From Candidatus Saccharimonadota bacterium (GTDB lineage: Bacteria; Patescibacteriota; Saccharimonadia; Saccharimonadales; UBA4665), in the NCBI GenBank assembly GCA_016699935.1, contig CP064992.1, forward strand, positions 60,001 through 92,000: a DNA stretch of 32,000 nt, in the 5' to 3' direction. This document shows, piece after piece, positions 30,480 through 32,000 of this stretch. Within the stretch, counting starts at the first letter, position 1; each line of letters begins with the position of its first letter. Position numbers and translations under genes: made by a program. The notes under the pieces are model-generated. The model ran no database searches. It was not told the DNA's origin and saw only the letters and a program-made list of their open reading frames with translations.

Positions 30480-30563
30480 ATAAGAGATAAGAGTTAAGAG
30501 ATATGAGTCTAGAGATAAGAGTTAAGAGATAAGAGATAAGAATTATGATTTATGAATTGAGAA
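30480..30563. repeat. Twelve tandem heptamers, consensus ATAAGAG (WTAAGAG)
   Basis: The units are ataagag ataagag ttaagag atatgag tctagag ataagag ttaagag ataagag ataagaa ttatgat ttatgaa ttgagaa. The array lies 63-146 nt upstream of the fusion-gene ATG (30417). The stretch 30440-30565 is almost free of C on the plus strand. Confidence 0.9.
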
Positions 30564-30564
30564 T

Positions 30565-32000
<1,436 letters not shown>

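Noticed and set aside
30480-30563. CRISPR array
   Set aside because: The units are 7 nt long and directly abutting, with no spacers, and no cas genes are in the window. It is a microsatellite-type tandem repeat.

Overview
This is a gene-dense bacterial chromosome segment, transcribed almost entirely from the minus strand. Gene content suggests a small-genome, Saccharibacteria/Patescibacteria-like organism, but that is inference only.

Genes, in order:
- a bL32-like gene and a divergent archaemetzincin-like Zn-protease
- leuS
- a small membrane protein
- ddl, preceded by two MurF-like ligase paralogues that flank an alpha/beta hydrolase
- a membrane-anchored hypothetical protein
- tRNA-Ala(GGC)
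- two small proteins
- a SAM methyltransferase
- tmRNA (ssrA)
- a displaced ksgA 3' end, an MFS transporter and the full-length rsmA/ksgA
- a DUF348/G5 cell-wall hydrolase
- pcrA
- a lower-glycolysis cluster: tpiA, pgk, pyk, ppsA, a 2-hydroxyacid-dehydrogenase::phosphoglycerate-mutase fusion, and eno

Roughly half of the genes, including essential ones, are split over 2-5 reading frames. Where I could reconstruct a junction it usually lies at a short homopolymer. I read these as consensus indel errors rather than decay, and list them as type 'pseudogene', meaning frame-disrupted as read.

I recognised no rRNA, CRISPR array, transposase or integrase.

Most notable observations:
1. A roughly 2-kb MFS cassette is bracketed by a near-identical ksgA segment.
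2. A second copy of the tmRNA 3' end lies 166 nt downstream of ssrA, resembling an att scar.
3. An unclassified, hairpin-rich region of about 300 nt lies upstream of eno.
4. It sits next to a 12-unit heptamer array whose motif recurs in frame inside leuS.
5. There are two unusual in-frame gene fusions.

I did not find a clear novel multi-gene system. All coordinates and alignments were worked out by eye.
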